A DNA stretch of 63,933 bases, filler included, from Nanobdellota archaeon (GCA_051819665.1; 12 parts of 12 records of this genome joined end to end with filler, not necessarily neighbours in it); one strand, 5' to 3'; shown: positions 9,653-19,602, counted from the whole stretch's first letter. Numbers and translations: made by a program. Notes: generated by a model from the sequence alone, not told the origin.

Positions 9653-10591
9653 ATGGTCAGTTTCAGGAAAAAAAACATCAAGGATCGTGAATATCTCTAT
9701 GCAGAGTATTCTTTCAGGCTTCCCGATAATAGGGTAAAAAAGATCTCCAAGAGAGTAAAGGAAAAGGACGATTCTGCCGAGAGGTATTTCCTGGAAAAGG
9801 AGATAGAAGAACACATCAAATTTGCTCTGAAAAATTACACTACTGATCCGGTCCTGACGGAGAACAAGATAAAGAAGCTTGAAGATATAAAGATAAGGTA
9901 TAAGCACATAATAAAGAGACTTACAGAAAAGCAATGGAAACATCTGCTTGAGAGATTCACCATAAACTTCACATACGAATCAAACGCTCTTGAGGGCAAC
10001 TCACTCACATTAAAGGATGTAACGCTTATACTCCACGAGAATATCGTACCGAAAGATAAAGAGCTTAGGGAGATTTATGAGACCAAGAACACAAAAGAGG
10101 CTCATGATCTGCTCTTCAACAAAAGATTAAAGATCACCAAAGAATCTATTCTCAGGCTCCAAAAGATGACAATGAAAAACACCGGAGTGAAGCCCGGATT
10201 CAAAAAAGTCCCTAATTACCTTCTTATGAGGAATGTAAAAACGACACCTCCTGAGAAGGTAGAAGAAGAGATAGAAGACCTGATAGATTGGTACCAGAAC
10301 AACAAAGGGAAAATACATCCTGTTGCCCTCGCATCCGGATTCCATGGAAGGTTTGAAAAGATCCATCCTTTTGAAGACGGAAACGGCAGGGTAGGAAGGA
10401 CTCTCATCAATGCTATACTTACAGAACACGGCTATCCCCCGCTCATCATAAGAAAAACGATGAGGCCTTCTTATTTCAGTGCACTTGAAGCTTACGATAA
10501 CGAACATAAAGAAAAACTCGAAAGATTCCTCCTCAAAAAGATAGAAGACACATTCAATAAGTTCTTTAAAGAGTATGAGAGATATTTATGA
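9653..10591 (+). CDS. Fic family protein
   Basis: HPFEDGNGRVGR motif; YESNALEGN. Confidence 0.95.
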   Translation: MVSFRKKNIKDREYLYAEYSFRLPDNRVKKISKRVKEKDDSAERYFLEKEIEEHIKFALKNYTTDPVLTENKIKKLEDIKIRYKHIIKRLTEKQWKHLLERFTINFTYESNALEGNSLTLKDVTLILHENIVPKDKELREIYETKNTKEAHDLLFNKRLKITKESILRLQKMTMKNTGVKPGFKKVPNYLLMRNVKTTPPEKVEEEIEDLIDWYQNNKGKIHPVALASGFHGRFEKIHPFEDGNGRVGRTLINAILTEHGYPPLIIRKTMRPSYFSALEAYDNEHKEKLERFLLKKIEDTFNKFFKEYERYL

Positions 10592-10698
10592 ATCCGGAAA
10601 ATCTTGTCCATTCTGGTTCCAGATTATTCAAAAAGGAATAAAAGATGTAATTTTTTGTCGCAACACTTAAATACCAATCATGCATCAATTCTAAATTA

Positions 10699-10860
10699 TG
10701 GACATGACAACTACCTTCAGACCAGTAATGCTGATCGAGGTAGTTAATTTTATGTCCAAACACTTGTATTGCTGAGTGTCCCAAAAAAAAACGGGCCTGG
10801 GCAATACAAGCGGAGAGTTCTGACTTATATTGCCGGGCCTGAAAAAACCAACGAGGTGAG
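10699..10860 (+). promoter_or_regulatory. putative structured 5' leader RNA
   Basis: stems TGGACAT/ATGTCCA, AACTACCT/AGGTAGTT and CTTGTATTGC/GCAATACAAG between a TTAAATA box and the GAGGTGA SD. Confidence 0.45.
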
Positions 10861-10864
10861 AAAA

Positions 10865-11155
10865 TTGGTCCCCGAATGTTTGTTATGCGATGAGGCAATA
10901 ACAAACCCACTGTGCAAGCACTGCCTCCAGGAAGAGGTCAATTCGTGGCTTGCGGACTTCGACGAGAGCATAGCAGAAAGAGCAGCTGATACAGCAGACG
11001 TGCTTCCAAAGACACCATCTGATATTAGATGTATGAAATGTGGCGAGGAGATGAGCGTCTGTCCTCACTGCTATGCCAAAGAGGTCCTGAGGGACATAGA
11101 TAACAAAGTGATTGCCGAGAAATTCACACGGGTTTTTGATTTCGAATTAAGGTAA
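10865..11155 (+). CDS. Cys-rich zinc-binding protein
   Basis: four CxxC pairs (CLLC, CKHC, CMKC, CPHC); TTG start after GAGGTGA. Confidence 0.8.
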   Translation: MVPECLLCDEAITNPLCKHCLQEEVNSWLADFDESIAERAADTADVLPKTPSDIRCMKCGEEMSVCPHCYAKEVLRDIDNKVIAEKFTRVFDFELR

Positions 11156-11157
11156 TC

Positions 11158-11541
11158 ATGATGGAAAAGAACGACATAGCTTATCTTATGGACTGGAACG
11201 TGGTTGACAATAAGGGCAACAAAAGTAGTGCCGGAGAAAGACCCGGTTATATGATCCTGCCGGAGGCCATAAGATCCATGCTGGAGAAAACCACAGGGAA
11301 AGAATTTGAACTCATCGAGAAGGAGGAGATAGGGAAAAGCTTCGAGATAAAGAACGGCGAGGAAAGCTATCTCCTAAGGAGAGAACCTGTGAAGCCTCTC
11401 CCGGGGACCTCTGAAAACAGGGATTTCATGATGTATAACGGTTTTATCGAAGGGAAAAACCTGGATAGCCTGACAGGAGAGTTCAGAGGGGCGGTTATCT
11501 TCAGGAATTCGGGGAAGTATCACCTCGGATACGGCCGATGA
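11158..11541 (+). CDS. hypothetical protein
   Basis: 127-aa ORF coupled to the upstream gene. Confidence 0.6.
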   Translation: MMEKNDIAYLMDWNVVDNKGNKSSAGERPGYMILPEAIRSMLEKTTGKEFELIEKEEIGKSFEIKNGEESYLLRREPVKPLPGTSENRDFMMYNGFIEGKNLDSLTGEFRGAVIFRNSGKYHLGYGR

Positions 11542-12505
11542 TCTCATGCCCGCACGAGGGGCATTTTTTCCCTTTATTCTTTATCAGATAACCCTCTCTT
11601 TCTATAATCAACTCATTACATGAAGGGCAAAAAGTACTTTCTTTCTCCGATCTTATATTGCCGAGATATACATGATCAAGCCCCTCTTCACGGGCAGTCT
11701 GATGAGCTTTCTCCAGAGTATCCAGATCTGTTGGAGGAACATCCTGCATATCATAACACGGATAGAAAGCGGTGAAATGCACAGGGAAATCCTTACCAAG
11801 ATTCTCTTTTATCCAGGAGGACATCTCCCTTATCTTATCCATTTCATCATTATGACCGGGAATTATGAGGTTTGTTATCTCGAGCCATTTTCCCGCATTC
11901 ACGATCTGCCTCATCCTCTCCAGGACAGGTTTGAGATGACCGAGGGAGATCTTCTCATAGAACTTATCATCAAAACCCTTAAGGTCTATATTGAAAGCAT
12001 CCGCATATCCAAGCAGTTCTTCCATCGGTTTTTCATTGATGTAACCATTGCTGACCACAACGGTCTTCATCCCCTCTTTCTTGGCAAGCCTGAAAGTCTC
12101 GAGCATATACTCGAAGAATATAGTGGGTTCATTATACGTAGCTGCGATCATCGAGACACCATTCTCTTTCGCTATAGAGATTATCTTCTCAGGGAGGAGG
12201 TCCTCACCCCCTTCGCCTCTCTGGGATATCTCCCAGTTCTGGCAATGCTTGCATCGGAGATTACATCCTACTGTTCCGAAACTCAGGACCTTCGCCCCGG
12301 GATAGAAATGGAACAGTGGCTTTTTCTCTATAGGATCTATGCCTGCGGATACAGCTTTACCATAAACACTGCTCAGTAGCTTCCCATCATCATTATGCCT
12401 CACCTTACAGAATCCTTTCCCCCCACATGGAACAATACAGCCTCTCGGGCAAAGCATGCATTTTACCTTTCCATCCTCCTTCTTCTCATAATAAGATGCT
12501 TCCAT
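11501..12505 (-). CDS. amrS: AmmeMemoRadiSam system radical SAM enzyme
   Basis: CMLCPRGC..GFC.VR, DPIEKKPLFHF, CNLRCKHC, TYNEP. Confidence 0.93.
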   Translation of the reverse strand: MEASYYEKKEDGKVKCMLCPRGCIVPCGGKGFCKVRHNDDGKLLSSVYGKAVSAGIDPIEKKPLFHFYPGAKVLSFGTVGCNLRCKHCQNWEISQRGEGGEDLLPEKIISIAKENGVSMIAATYNEPTIFFEYMLETFRLAKKEGMKTVVVSNGYINEKPMEELLGYADAFNIDLKGFDDKFYEKISLGHLKPVLERMRQIVNAGKWLEITNLIIPGHNDEMDKIREMSSWIKENLGKDFPVHFTAFYPCYDMQDVPPTDLDTLEKAHQTAREEGLDHVYLGNIRSEKESTFCPSCNELIIEREGYLIKNKGKKCPSCGHEIIGRIRGDTSPNS

Positions 12506-12555
12506 ATATTATAGATAGGGAAAGAGATTTAAATTTATTTTGAAACTTGTCCTGT

Positions 12556-13222
12556 ATGGACCTGGAAAAGAGCTCTAAACAAGTGCTTTCTGACTGCTAT
12601 ATCAATGGCGGCATCGTAGCTTCCAACTCAACAAAAAACTATTATCCGAAAGAGGCTAAATATTACAAGTATGTCTGGCCGAGGGATGCGATGTACATCA
12701 TGAAAGCGGCCAACTCAGCAGGGCTCGACTTCGGGAACTTTCTGGGATGGTGTAAAAGGGCCGAGAGATGGAAGCAGGGAGGGCTTTTCTACAAGAATTA
12801 CAGGCTCAATGGTAAAAGGTACGGGAAGGAATTCCAGCCTGACCAGACCGGAAGCATCCTGATCATAGCCTATGATTACTATAAGAGATGGGGGTTCATT
12901 GATAAGGAGCTCATAAGGAAGACAGCCGATGGTTTATGTAAAATATGGAAAAAGGATCATTTCACTCTGATTACTGAAGACCTCTGGGAAGAAAGGCATT
13001 GTTTCCCCGACCTGAAAGGCGATTTCACTTATTCCTTGGCAGCATGCGCAAGAGGCCTTCTATGCGCTGATGAGCTCATCCCGGACAAGAGATGGAGAGA
13101 GACTGCCAGAGAGATGAAAGATAAGATACTCGAACAGGAAGGATACTTCAGGAGAAGCACGGGGAAGATAGATGACAAAAGGGTGGATGCCTCTCTACTC
13201 GGGCTTGTATGGCCTTTCAATA
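12556..13222 (+). CDS. GH15 glucoamylase-like protein, 3'-truncated
   Basis: YKYVWPRD, FQPDQTG, DLWEE, DASLLGL. Confidence 0.85.
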
Positions 13223-13322
13223 NNNNNNNNNNNNNNNNNNNNNNNNNNNNNNNNNNNNNNNNNNNNTTAATTAATTAANNNNNNNNNNNNNNNNNNNNNN
13301 NNNNNNNNNNNNNNNNNNNNNN
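13223..13322. other. assembly linker
   Basis: N-run with TTAATTAATTAA. Confidence 0.99.
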
Positions 13323-13323
13323 G

Positions 13324-13485
13324 GATATTAGCTCCGTTGCCGAGGAGAACGCTGCCGAATCTGAAGAAGTTAACTCTTCAATAGATCAGGTGAAAAGCTC
13401 CATGGATCAGGTAGCAGAGACCTCCCAGCAGCTGTCAAAAGAAGCGGATGAGCTTAAGAATGTTGTTGACTCTTTCAAGGTCTGA
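13324..13485 (+). CDS. methyl-accepting chemotaxis protein, C-terminal fragment
   Basis: DISSVAEENAAESEEVNSSIDQ...SQQLSKEADELKNVVDSFKV*, typical MCP methylation helix and terminus. Confidence 0.85.
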   Translation, partial: DISSVAEENAAESEEVNSSIDQVKSSMDQVAETSQQLSKEADELKNVVDSFKV

Positions 13486-13495
13486 TCCTGTTTTA

Positions 13496-13810
13496 TCATT
13501 TCTTTTTTTTCTCTAAGAATTTCTTTATGTCCTCTTCTGAAAAGATCTTATCCTCATTACTCTCTTTATTATTCTCTCCTGTAACTTGCTGTATCAATTC
13601 ATTATATTTCTTCTTTTTCTCCGAGAGAGTATCTGAAAGTTTCTTGGATATGTCCACTACCCTGTCCTTGATATAAGCCTTCATCTTATCAGACATCTTA
13701 ACATCAAGCTCATCATATTTCTTCTTCAATTCCATGAGCATATGAGCATTCTCGAGAGGATCATCCTCTGTCGCCTGCACAAGCATGAGCCTGTACTTGA
13801 GTTCATCCAT
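13496..13810 (-). CDS. hypothetical protein
   Basis: 104-aa ORF with GGAGGTG SD. Confidence 0.7.
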   Translation of the reverse strand: MDELKYRLMLVQATEDDPLENAHMLMELKKKYDELDVKMSDKMKAYIKDRVVDISKKLSDTLSEKKKKYNELIQQVTGENNKESNEDKIFSEEDIKKFLEKKKK

Positions 13811-14230
13811 TCAGAGACACCTCCCTATATCCCTGTAAGGCTGTCTAGCTGTCCTGCATACTCTTGTGGTGTTCTCCATCTTAACAATAGGATATACCTC
13901 TATCCTCCTTATCTCCTTAAGCTCACTCATCTGTACGTTCATCGTAACAGGCATCGTGTCCCCAGTGAGCATCTTACGCCTGAAAGTAGCGTTTGTATTG
14001 GTACCTGTCCCTATGATATCAACCTTAAACCCATAAATATTCGCATCATCCCTGTTCATGACTATGAAATCTATCTTCCCCTGATCATTATAGCATAAGT
14101 CTCCATTATTATAGATCGGGCCATCCAGATAAATATTCACCTCATCATGACACTTTATATTAAGCCTCTTCCCCGGACTCAGACACCCTACAAGCAAAAC
14201 CAGCACCAGGATAACGAAGACATACCTCAT
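13811..14230 (-). CDS. putative lipoprotein
   Basis: lipobox-like LLVGC after a hydrophobic stretch. Confidence 0.7.
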   Translation of the reverse strand: MRYVFVILVLVLLVGCLSPGKRLNIKCHDEVNIYLDGPIYNNGDLCYNDQGKIDFIVMNRDDANIYGFKVDIIGTGTNTNATFRRKMLTGDTMPVTMNVQMSELKEIRRIEVYPIVKMENTTRVCRTARQPYRDIGRCL

Positions 14231-15204
14231 TTGATCATCTCGACCTTATGCGGCCTTCTCTTCCTCTTTTTCGAAGCTGTACTGTAATCAAGCAACACTT
14301 CCTTTGCACCTATATTCCTTATGACGGATTCAGCATTCACCATCCCCAGATCAAGGGATTCCTTTACACCAAGACCCTTCACTATGCCAGTAACGAACGT
14401 GGAAGCAAAAGCATCGCCAGCCCCTGTACTCTCCTTTACCTTTATATTATGAGCCTTCACACGATATTTATTCTCTCCGTCAGATGCATAACAGCCCTTT
14501 GAACCATCTGTTATCGCCACAATACCAGGACCGAATTGATGGCAGAGATCAAGAAGGGTCTTCACATCATAATCCTTACAAAGAAGTTTCGCCTCTTCCA
14601 TGTTAAACACAAGAACATCAGTATTCGAGAGTATCTTCACTACATCTTCATAATTCTCTTTTATGAGGTAATTACTGGGATTGAAAGCGACTTTTATATT
14701 GTTCTTTTTTGCATGATCAGCCAGCTTTTTCAGTGTTTCAAGCGATTTTCCCATCATTGAGGAGAAGTAGAACCACTTCGTTTTCAGGGCCGATTTGGAG
14801 ACCTCATTCCATGAAAAACCATTATTACAGTCCTTGTAAGTAAGGATCGTCCTGTCATGCTCTATACTGTCAAGGATCACAGAATAACCTGTCTTCTCAC
14901 TGCCTTCTTTTCCGATGAAATCTATATCCTCTGTCCTAAGGAGTTCCTTGATCTTCTCCCCGTTACTATCTTTGCCGATCTTCCCGAGAAAAGCTGTATC
15001 CAGACCAAGCCTCGAGAACGAGACTGCCGTATTCGTTCCCCCTCCTCCGATCTTGAACTCAAGGTTCTTTATAAGTATCTTAGAGCCTGCAGGATAAGCT
15101 ATACGGTCCTCCTCTGAATTAGGAGTGAGAATCTTTATAAGCTCAGAATCCGTATGAGCAAATACATCAACAGTGGCACTCCCGACAGTTATTACATCAT
15201 ACAT
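14227..15204 (-). CDS. PfkB family carbohydrate kinase
   Basis: GGGGTNTAV..SRLG and STGAGDAFAS. Confidence 0.93.
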   Translation of the reverse strand: MYDVITVGSATVDVFAHTDSELIKILTPNSEEDRIAYPAGSKILIKNLEFKIGGGGTNTAVSFSRLGLDTAFLGKIGKDSNGEKIKELLRTEDIDFIGKEGSEKTGYSVILDSIEHDRTILTYKDCNNGFSWNEVSKSALKTKWFYFSSMMGKSLETLKKLADHAKKNNIKVAFNPSNYLIKENYEDVVKILSNTDVLVFNMEEAKLLCKDYDVKTLLDLCHQFGPGIVAITDGSKGCYASDGENKYRVKAHNIKVKESTGAGDAFASTFVTGIVKGLGVKESLDLGMVNAESVIRNIGAKEVLLDYSTASKKRKRRPHKVEMIK

Positions 15205-15208
15205 AACC

Positions 15209-15970
15209 TTAATTTCCACTACCAGAATTTATAAACTTTTTGGATATCTTTCCTCTCTGCCAGTCAGATATGATCATCCTGGCCATCCTCTTATTATCCG
15301 GCTCTGCGCCTTTCTTGAGGATATTCCTCTTTCTGGCAATTTTCTCGAGCGATTCATCCTTGTCCTCATGTTCAGGAACACCGTAATATGCCTCTATCTG
15401 TCCGGGAAATTTCTCCATGAGCTCAATAGCTACATCATCCGGATATTTTATATGGGTGAAATCTATCGTGCCTATCAACGCATGCTTTGTGTGGTCATCA
15501 TCCTTATAAGGTATAACGCCAGGCGTATCAAGGAAGACGATCCTGGAACTCACCCTGACTTTTTGCACTGCTTTCGTATAACTGCTCATAGCACTAGACG
15601 GAGCTGATTTCCTGCCTTTGAAAGCATTTATGAGCGAGGATTTACCTACATTCGGATATCCAAGGACACCTACTTTTATCTTCCCTTCTAACCCATTTTT
15701 TGAGGCTGCAACCATTATCCTCTCCTTTAACTTTCCGAGACCATCCTTCTCGGTGGAGGACATGAAGACAGAATTCTTTATCCTCTTATACTTCTCCAGC
15801 TGTTCTTTCCCGACAAGATCCGATTTATTAATAACATAGATGAGAGGCTTGGTCGCTTTCTCCTCTATCTCCCTGTTCCTGGTCTCGGGGATGAATCTTG
15901 CATCAAGTACAAGCAGGAGAACATCCGCATCCTTCATTACCTTATTGACCTCTTTCCAAAAACTCGCCAT
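15209..15970 (-). CDS. RbgA/YlqF circularly permuted GTPase
   Basis: DAR, NKSD, GYPNVGKSS and DTPG in G4-G1-G3 order. Confidence 0.93.
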   Translation of the reverse strand: MASFWKEVNKVMKDADVLLLVLDARFIPETRNREIEEKATKPLIYVINKSDLVGKEQLEKYKRIKNSVFMSSTEKDGLGKLKERIMVAASKNGLEGKIKVGVLGYPNVGKSSLINAFKGRKSAPSSAMSSYTKAVQKVRVSSRIVFLDTPGVIPYKDDDHTKHALIGTIDFTHIKYPDDVAIELMEKFPGQIEAYYGVPEHEDKDESLEKIARKRNILKKGAEPDNKRMARMIISDWQRGKISKKFINSGSGN

Positions 15971-15989
15971 AACATAAGGAGAAAAGGGA

Positions 15990-16214
15990 CTAACTTAAAA
16001 AATTATCTAAAAACCCTTTCTTATTATTCTCATTGAACCCCTCGAGCTCATCATAGAATCCTTTTAACTCACTATCAAGCTCTGCTTCCCTTCTCTTTAG
16101 TTCAGCCTCGTAATCATCAAGCTTCTTCTTTCTTCCATTCAGCCTTTTCTTCTCTTTCTCAGTATAGTCCAGAGCTTCCCTTATCGAACTTATAACTTTC
16201 GAGCCATCAACCAT
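15990..16214 (-). CDS. small coiled-coil protein
   Basis: MVDGSKVI... start; the longer ORF overlaps the rpl21e promoter. Confidence 0.55.
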   Translation of the reverse strand: MVDGSKVISSIREALDYTEKEKKRLNGRKKKLDDYEAELKRREAELDSELKGFYDELEGFNENNKKGFLDNFLS

Positions 16215-16299
16215 ATAAATATTCTTCTGGTGAAAGTTAATAAATTTTTCCAAAGGATTTAAATATGAGCAGTTTATCTCCTCAGAGCAGGTGAATTTA

Positions 16300-16593
16300 A
16301 TGGTCCAGAGAATAGGCGGATTCAGAAGGAAAAGCAGGTATAAGCTCAAAAAAGGTCACAAGACTAAAGGGAAATTCAGCATAACCAAATACTTCCAGTC
16401 TCTCAAAGAAGGAGATAATGTAAAGCTCCTTGCAGATCCAACCTTCCAGAAAGGGATGTTCCTACCAAGGTTCTACGGGAAGAAGGGCATTGTGAACAGG
16501 AAGAAAGGAGAATGCTATGAAGTTATGATTACAGACGGGAACAAAGATAAGTCCCTTATTGTGCATCCTGTACATCTTAAAAGGGAGGAATGA
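16300..16593 (+). CDS. rpl21e: 50S ribosomal protein L21e
   Basis: RRKSR, GM..PRFYGK.G, HPVHL. Confidence 0.95.
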   Translation: MVQRIGGFRRKSRYKLKKGHKTKGKFSITKYFQSLKEGDNVKLLADPTFQKGMFLPRFYGKKGIVNRKKGECYEVMITDGNKDKSLIVHPVHLKREE

Positions 16594-16940
16594 ATATGGC
16601 TTCACCCAAGATAATTGAGGAAAAGCCGATAACCATGGCGGAGCTCAAGGTAGAGCTCGGCAGGATAAAGAAAAGGGATGAAGAGCTTAATTTCAGGGCC
16701 AATAAGACAGAGGATTATCTTAAGAGGCTTACCAAACTAAGCAAGAAGAAATCCGAAGACCTCTACAAGAAGATTTCTGAATTAGAGATCCCCCGGCTTA
16801 AGGACAAACACATAAAAAAGATAATCGATATCATGCCCACTACTAAAGATGATGTGAAAGTAGTTCTTGAGGCATATCCTATAACCATAAGCCAGGATAA
16901 TCTTAAGAAAATAGCTTCTGTGGTGAAGGAGTTCAGTTAA
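16590..16940 (+). CDS. rpo4: RNA polymerase subunit Rpo4 (RpoF)
   Basis: EL.FRA..T.DYL and KIIDIMP; conserved L21e-RpoF-DUF655 gene order. Confidence 0.9.
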   Translation: MNMASPKIIEEKPITMAELKVELGRIKKRDEELNFRANKTEDYLKRLTKLSKKKSEDLYKKISELEIPRLKDKHIKKIIDIMPTTKDDVKVVLEAYPITISQDNLKKIASVVKEFS

Positions 16941-16981
16941 ATTTAAATACTAGTATCCACAGGATTCTATCAGGGGGTATT

Positions 16982-17548
16982 ATGACTCATAACATTAGAG
17001 AAGAGTGGGCCGTTACGCTTGATTTTCTGCCGAACGGTTACCCGCTCAAGAAGGATAATGAAACTTTGAAGACTCCAATAGCTCAAGCTATAGGCAAGGA
17101 GCGTTTCGTTCTCTTAGAGTTGATACCCAAGAAAGGTGTATTTCTCCAGCCTTACCAGGAAACATATATTGGTGATGGGAAGAGAGAAAAGATCCATCAT
17201 ATAAAAGGCAGGCTAAAGCCGGAAGAGCTTACTCAGACCGCGAATAGTGAATTGAAGTATGTGATAAAGGACATAATCAAGAAGAACGAAAAGAAATTCG
17301 TGGATTTCTTCAATAATTCAAGGCCTCTCTCTACAAGGATGCATCAGCTTGAACTCCTCCCGGGCTTAGGAAAGAAGCATATGTGGGAGATAATCGAAGC
17401 CAGGAGAGATAAACCTTTTGAGAGCCTGCAGGATATGAAAGAAAGGATCAAGCTCCTCCCAAAGGTAGAAGAAGCCCTGGTAAAGAGGATAATCAACGAG
17501 CTTTCAGGAAAGGAAAAACATTACCTCTTCACTGATAGCGGCAATTAG
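16982..17548 (+). CDS. DUF655 RNA-binding protein
   Basis: LDFLPNG, AQAIG..F.LLE, RMHQLELLPGLGKK. Confidence 0.92.
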   Translation: MTHNIREEWAVTLDFLPNGYPLKKDNETLKTPIAQAIGKERFVLLELIPKKGVFLQPYQETYIGDGKREKIHHIKGRLKPEELTQTANSELKYVIKDIIKKNEKKFVDFFNNSRPLSTRMHQLELLPGLGKKHMWEIIEARRDKPFESLQDMKERIKLLPKVEEALVKRIINELSGKEKHYLFTDSGN

Positions 17549-17633
17549 ATATTTTTTTCTCTATATGTTATCCTAAATCCCTTTCTGAGTATAAACCATT
17601 AAAGATTAAGAAAAAAACTATTAAAACAGAATG

Positions 17634-18356
17634 TTACATATTCAGGGCCTTCTCGGCTATTTTCTTACCGCCGATCACCTCAGGAATGATTATCTCATCG
17701 GCACCTGTGTGTTTGAGGTTATCAACGAACTTCTCATTCGATGCTCTCGAAAGCACTTTTATCTTATCATTCACCTTCTTAGCAACGATTATCTGAAGGA
17801 TATTGTCTCCATCATTCTTGAGGCATGAGATCAGGGCCTTGGCCTTGTCAATCCCCGCTTCCTTCAGCACAGAATCATCCAGAGAATCCCCTTCTAGAGC
17901 AAGGATACCTTTCTTCTTAAGCATATCTACCCTCTCAGGGCTCTTATCGACGATCACAAAAGGCTTACCCTTGAGGTCATCCGCAACATTCTTACCTACT
18001 CTTCCTGCACCGCATATTATGTAGTGATCCTTGAGACTCTTTATATCTTTCATATTTTTCCCCTCCTTTAACGATCTCACGAAAAGACCTTCACTGAACA
18101 ATTTGATCAATATGTAAACTATGTATATGATGAGCACTTTGCCGATGAAAGCAAGCAGGAAAACAATCGACCCATAATCAGGATTCGTCACATAAACCTG
18201 GGTAACAATCGAAGTGGCACCGAATATCGCTCCTTTCAGTCCACCTGCAACATAATCCTTGATGATATAGGCCACGCCTATTATCAGGAAAATTATCATC
18301 CATAATGTCACTGTAACCCTGTTGAGGATCCTTTCCTCTTCTTTACTTCTCGCCAT
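17634..18356 (-). CDS. K+ channel-like protein: 2 TM plus TrkA-N/RCK NAD-binding domain
   Basis: HYIICGAGRVG, GD...L..AGI..A, GADEIIIP; no TVGYG filter. Confidence 0.8.
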   Translation of the reverse strand: MARSKEEERILNRVTVTLWMIIFLIIGVAYIIKDYVAGGLKGAIFGATSIVTQVYVTNPDYGSIVFLLAFIGKVLIIYIVYILIKLFSEGLFVRSLKEGKNMKDIKSLKDHYIICGAGRVGKNVADDLKGKPFVIVDKSPERVDMLKKKGILALEGDSLDDSVLKEAGIDKAKALISCLKNDGDNILQIIVAKKVNDKIKVLSRASNEKFVDNLKHTGADEIIIPEVIGGKKIAEKALNM

Positions 18357-18431
18357 ATTGCCTTATTATTAGAATAATTATATTTAAATCTTTCTGAAAA
18401 AAATAAATACCTGGCCTTTACTCCAAAGTAT

Positions 18432-19574
18432 ATGAAAAAGGTCTGCTTAGCACTATCTCTTCTTACCTTGTCTCCATCTGCAGCCAATCACGATACAGAA
18501 AAAAAGGCAAGCAGAACCCTGGATAATATCGTTGATGAAGTGGTCAGTGACAGCACTTTCTATAACAAAAAATTCACCAATGAGTTCAGTGAACAGATCG
18601 ACTTCTGGTACAAAAATCTCACTACCGATACTTCAAAGATAATAAGCTACAGGATGAACTGTCTGGAACAGCTCGATATCTTCAAAAAACCCGAAAGGAA
18701 AGAAAGAGAATCCGTTGAGGAATATGACAGGAGGATCCTGAAGGACATACACGAGAAGCATGGCAGAATTTTCAACAGATGGGATAAGGTATTCGGCATA
18801 ACTTATGGTAAGAGACAAGAGGTCAAAGAAGGCCTTATCAGGTCCTCAAGATACCTCCCTTTTATAACGGAGAGGTTTAAGGAAGAGAACATACCCCTCA
18901 ATCTTGCCGCAAAGCCGCTCTTCGAGAGCCTCTATGACCCTGAAGCAGAGTCCAAAGCCGGGGCAAAAGGCATCTGGCAGTTCATGGAGGGCACTGCAAA
19001 GGACTATGGTCTTGAGATAAAAAAAGGGATCATAGACGAGAGGATGGACCCTTACAGCTCCACAGACGCTTATATAAAGTATATGAAAGAAGCATTCAGG
19101 AAATTCGAGGGAAAACCGCTTCTTGCGCTTGTATCCTATAACACAGGAAAGAACAGCAGGTATTTCCGGAACTGGCGTATGAGGGATCAGGCAGAGATCA
19201 TAAGATATATGGGATTTGCCCCGATGAATTATTATGCAGGTCTTGCAGCTTCCATAAAAGTGATGAAAAAGATGAGGGAACACTTCTCAATCGATATACA
19301 CTTGGAAGACATCCAGAGAAAAAAAATCCATGATGATGTGCACGGATACGAACTGGAAGATCATCTCGGTCTTCCGAAAGAGGAGATCATGGACTATAAC
19401 CCTCAACTAAAAGAAGGTCTGTTCGATTCTGCCTATAATCTGAAAGGGAAAACCATTACACTTCCTAAGATGAAAAAAGTGGAACCCGCCGAGATATGGG
19501 AATCTTACAGGAGAGAGAATACAAAACAGGATAAATTAATCAGAAAGGAGAATCACATACAGAAAGTTTTTTAA
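18432..19574 (+). CDS. secreted lytic transglycosylase (SLT/MltD-like)
   Basis: signal peptide; FESLYDPEAESKAGAKGIWQFM..TA..YGL, DERMDP, LALVSYNTG; LysM-like YNPQL...ITLP tail. Confidence 0.9.
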   Translation: MKKVCLALSLLTLSPSAANHDTEKKASRTLDNIVDEVVSDSTFYNKKFTNEFSEQIDFWYKNLTTDTSKIISYRMNCLEQLDIFKKPERKERESVEEYDRRILKDIHEKHGRIFNRWDKVFGITYGKRQEVKEGLIRSSRYLPFITERFKEENIPLNLAAKPLFESLYDPEAESKAGAKGIWQFMEGTAKDYGLEIKKGIIDERMDPYSSTDAYIKYMKEAFRKFEGKPLLALVSYNTGKNSRYFRNWRMRDQAEIIRYMGFAPMNYYAGLAASIKVMKKMREHFSIDIHLEDIQRKKIHDDVHGYELEDHLGLPKEEIMDYNPQLKEGLFDSAYNLKGKTITLPKMKKVEPAEIWESYRRENTKQDKLIRKENHIQKVF

Positions 19575-19602
19575 AGGATACGGCTCCCCCTTCTCGAATT
19601 AT

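Noticed and set aside
9653..10591. Fic protein as part of a novel system
   Set aside because: Canonical stand-alone Fic with no partner gene evident
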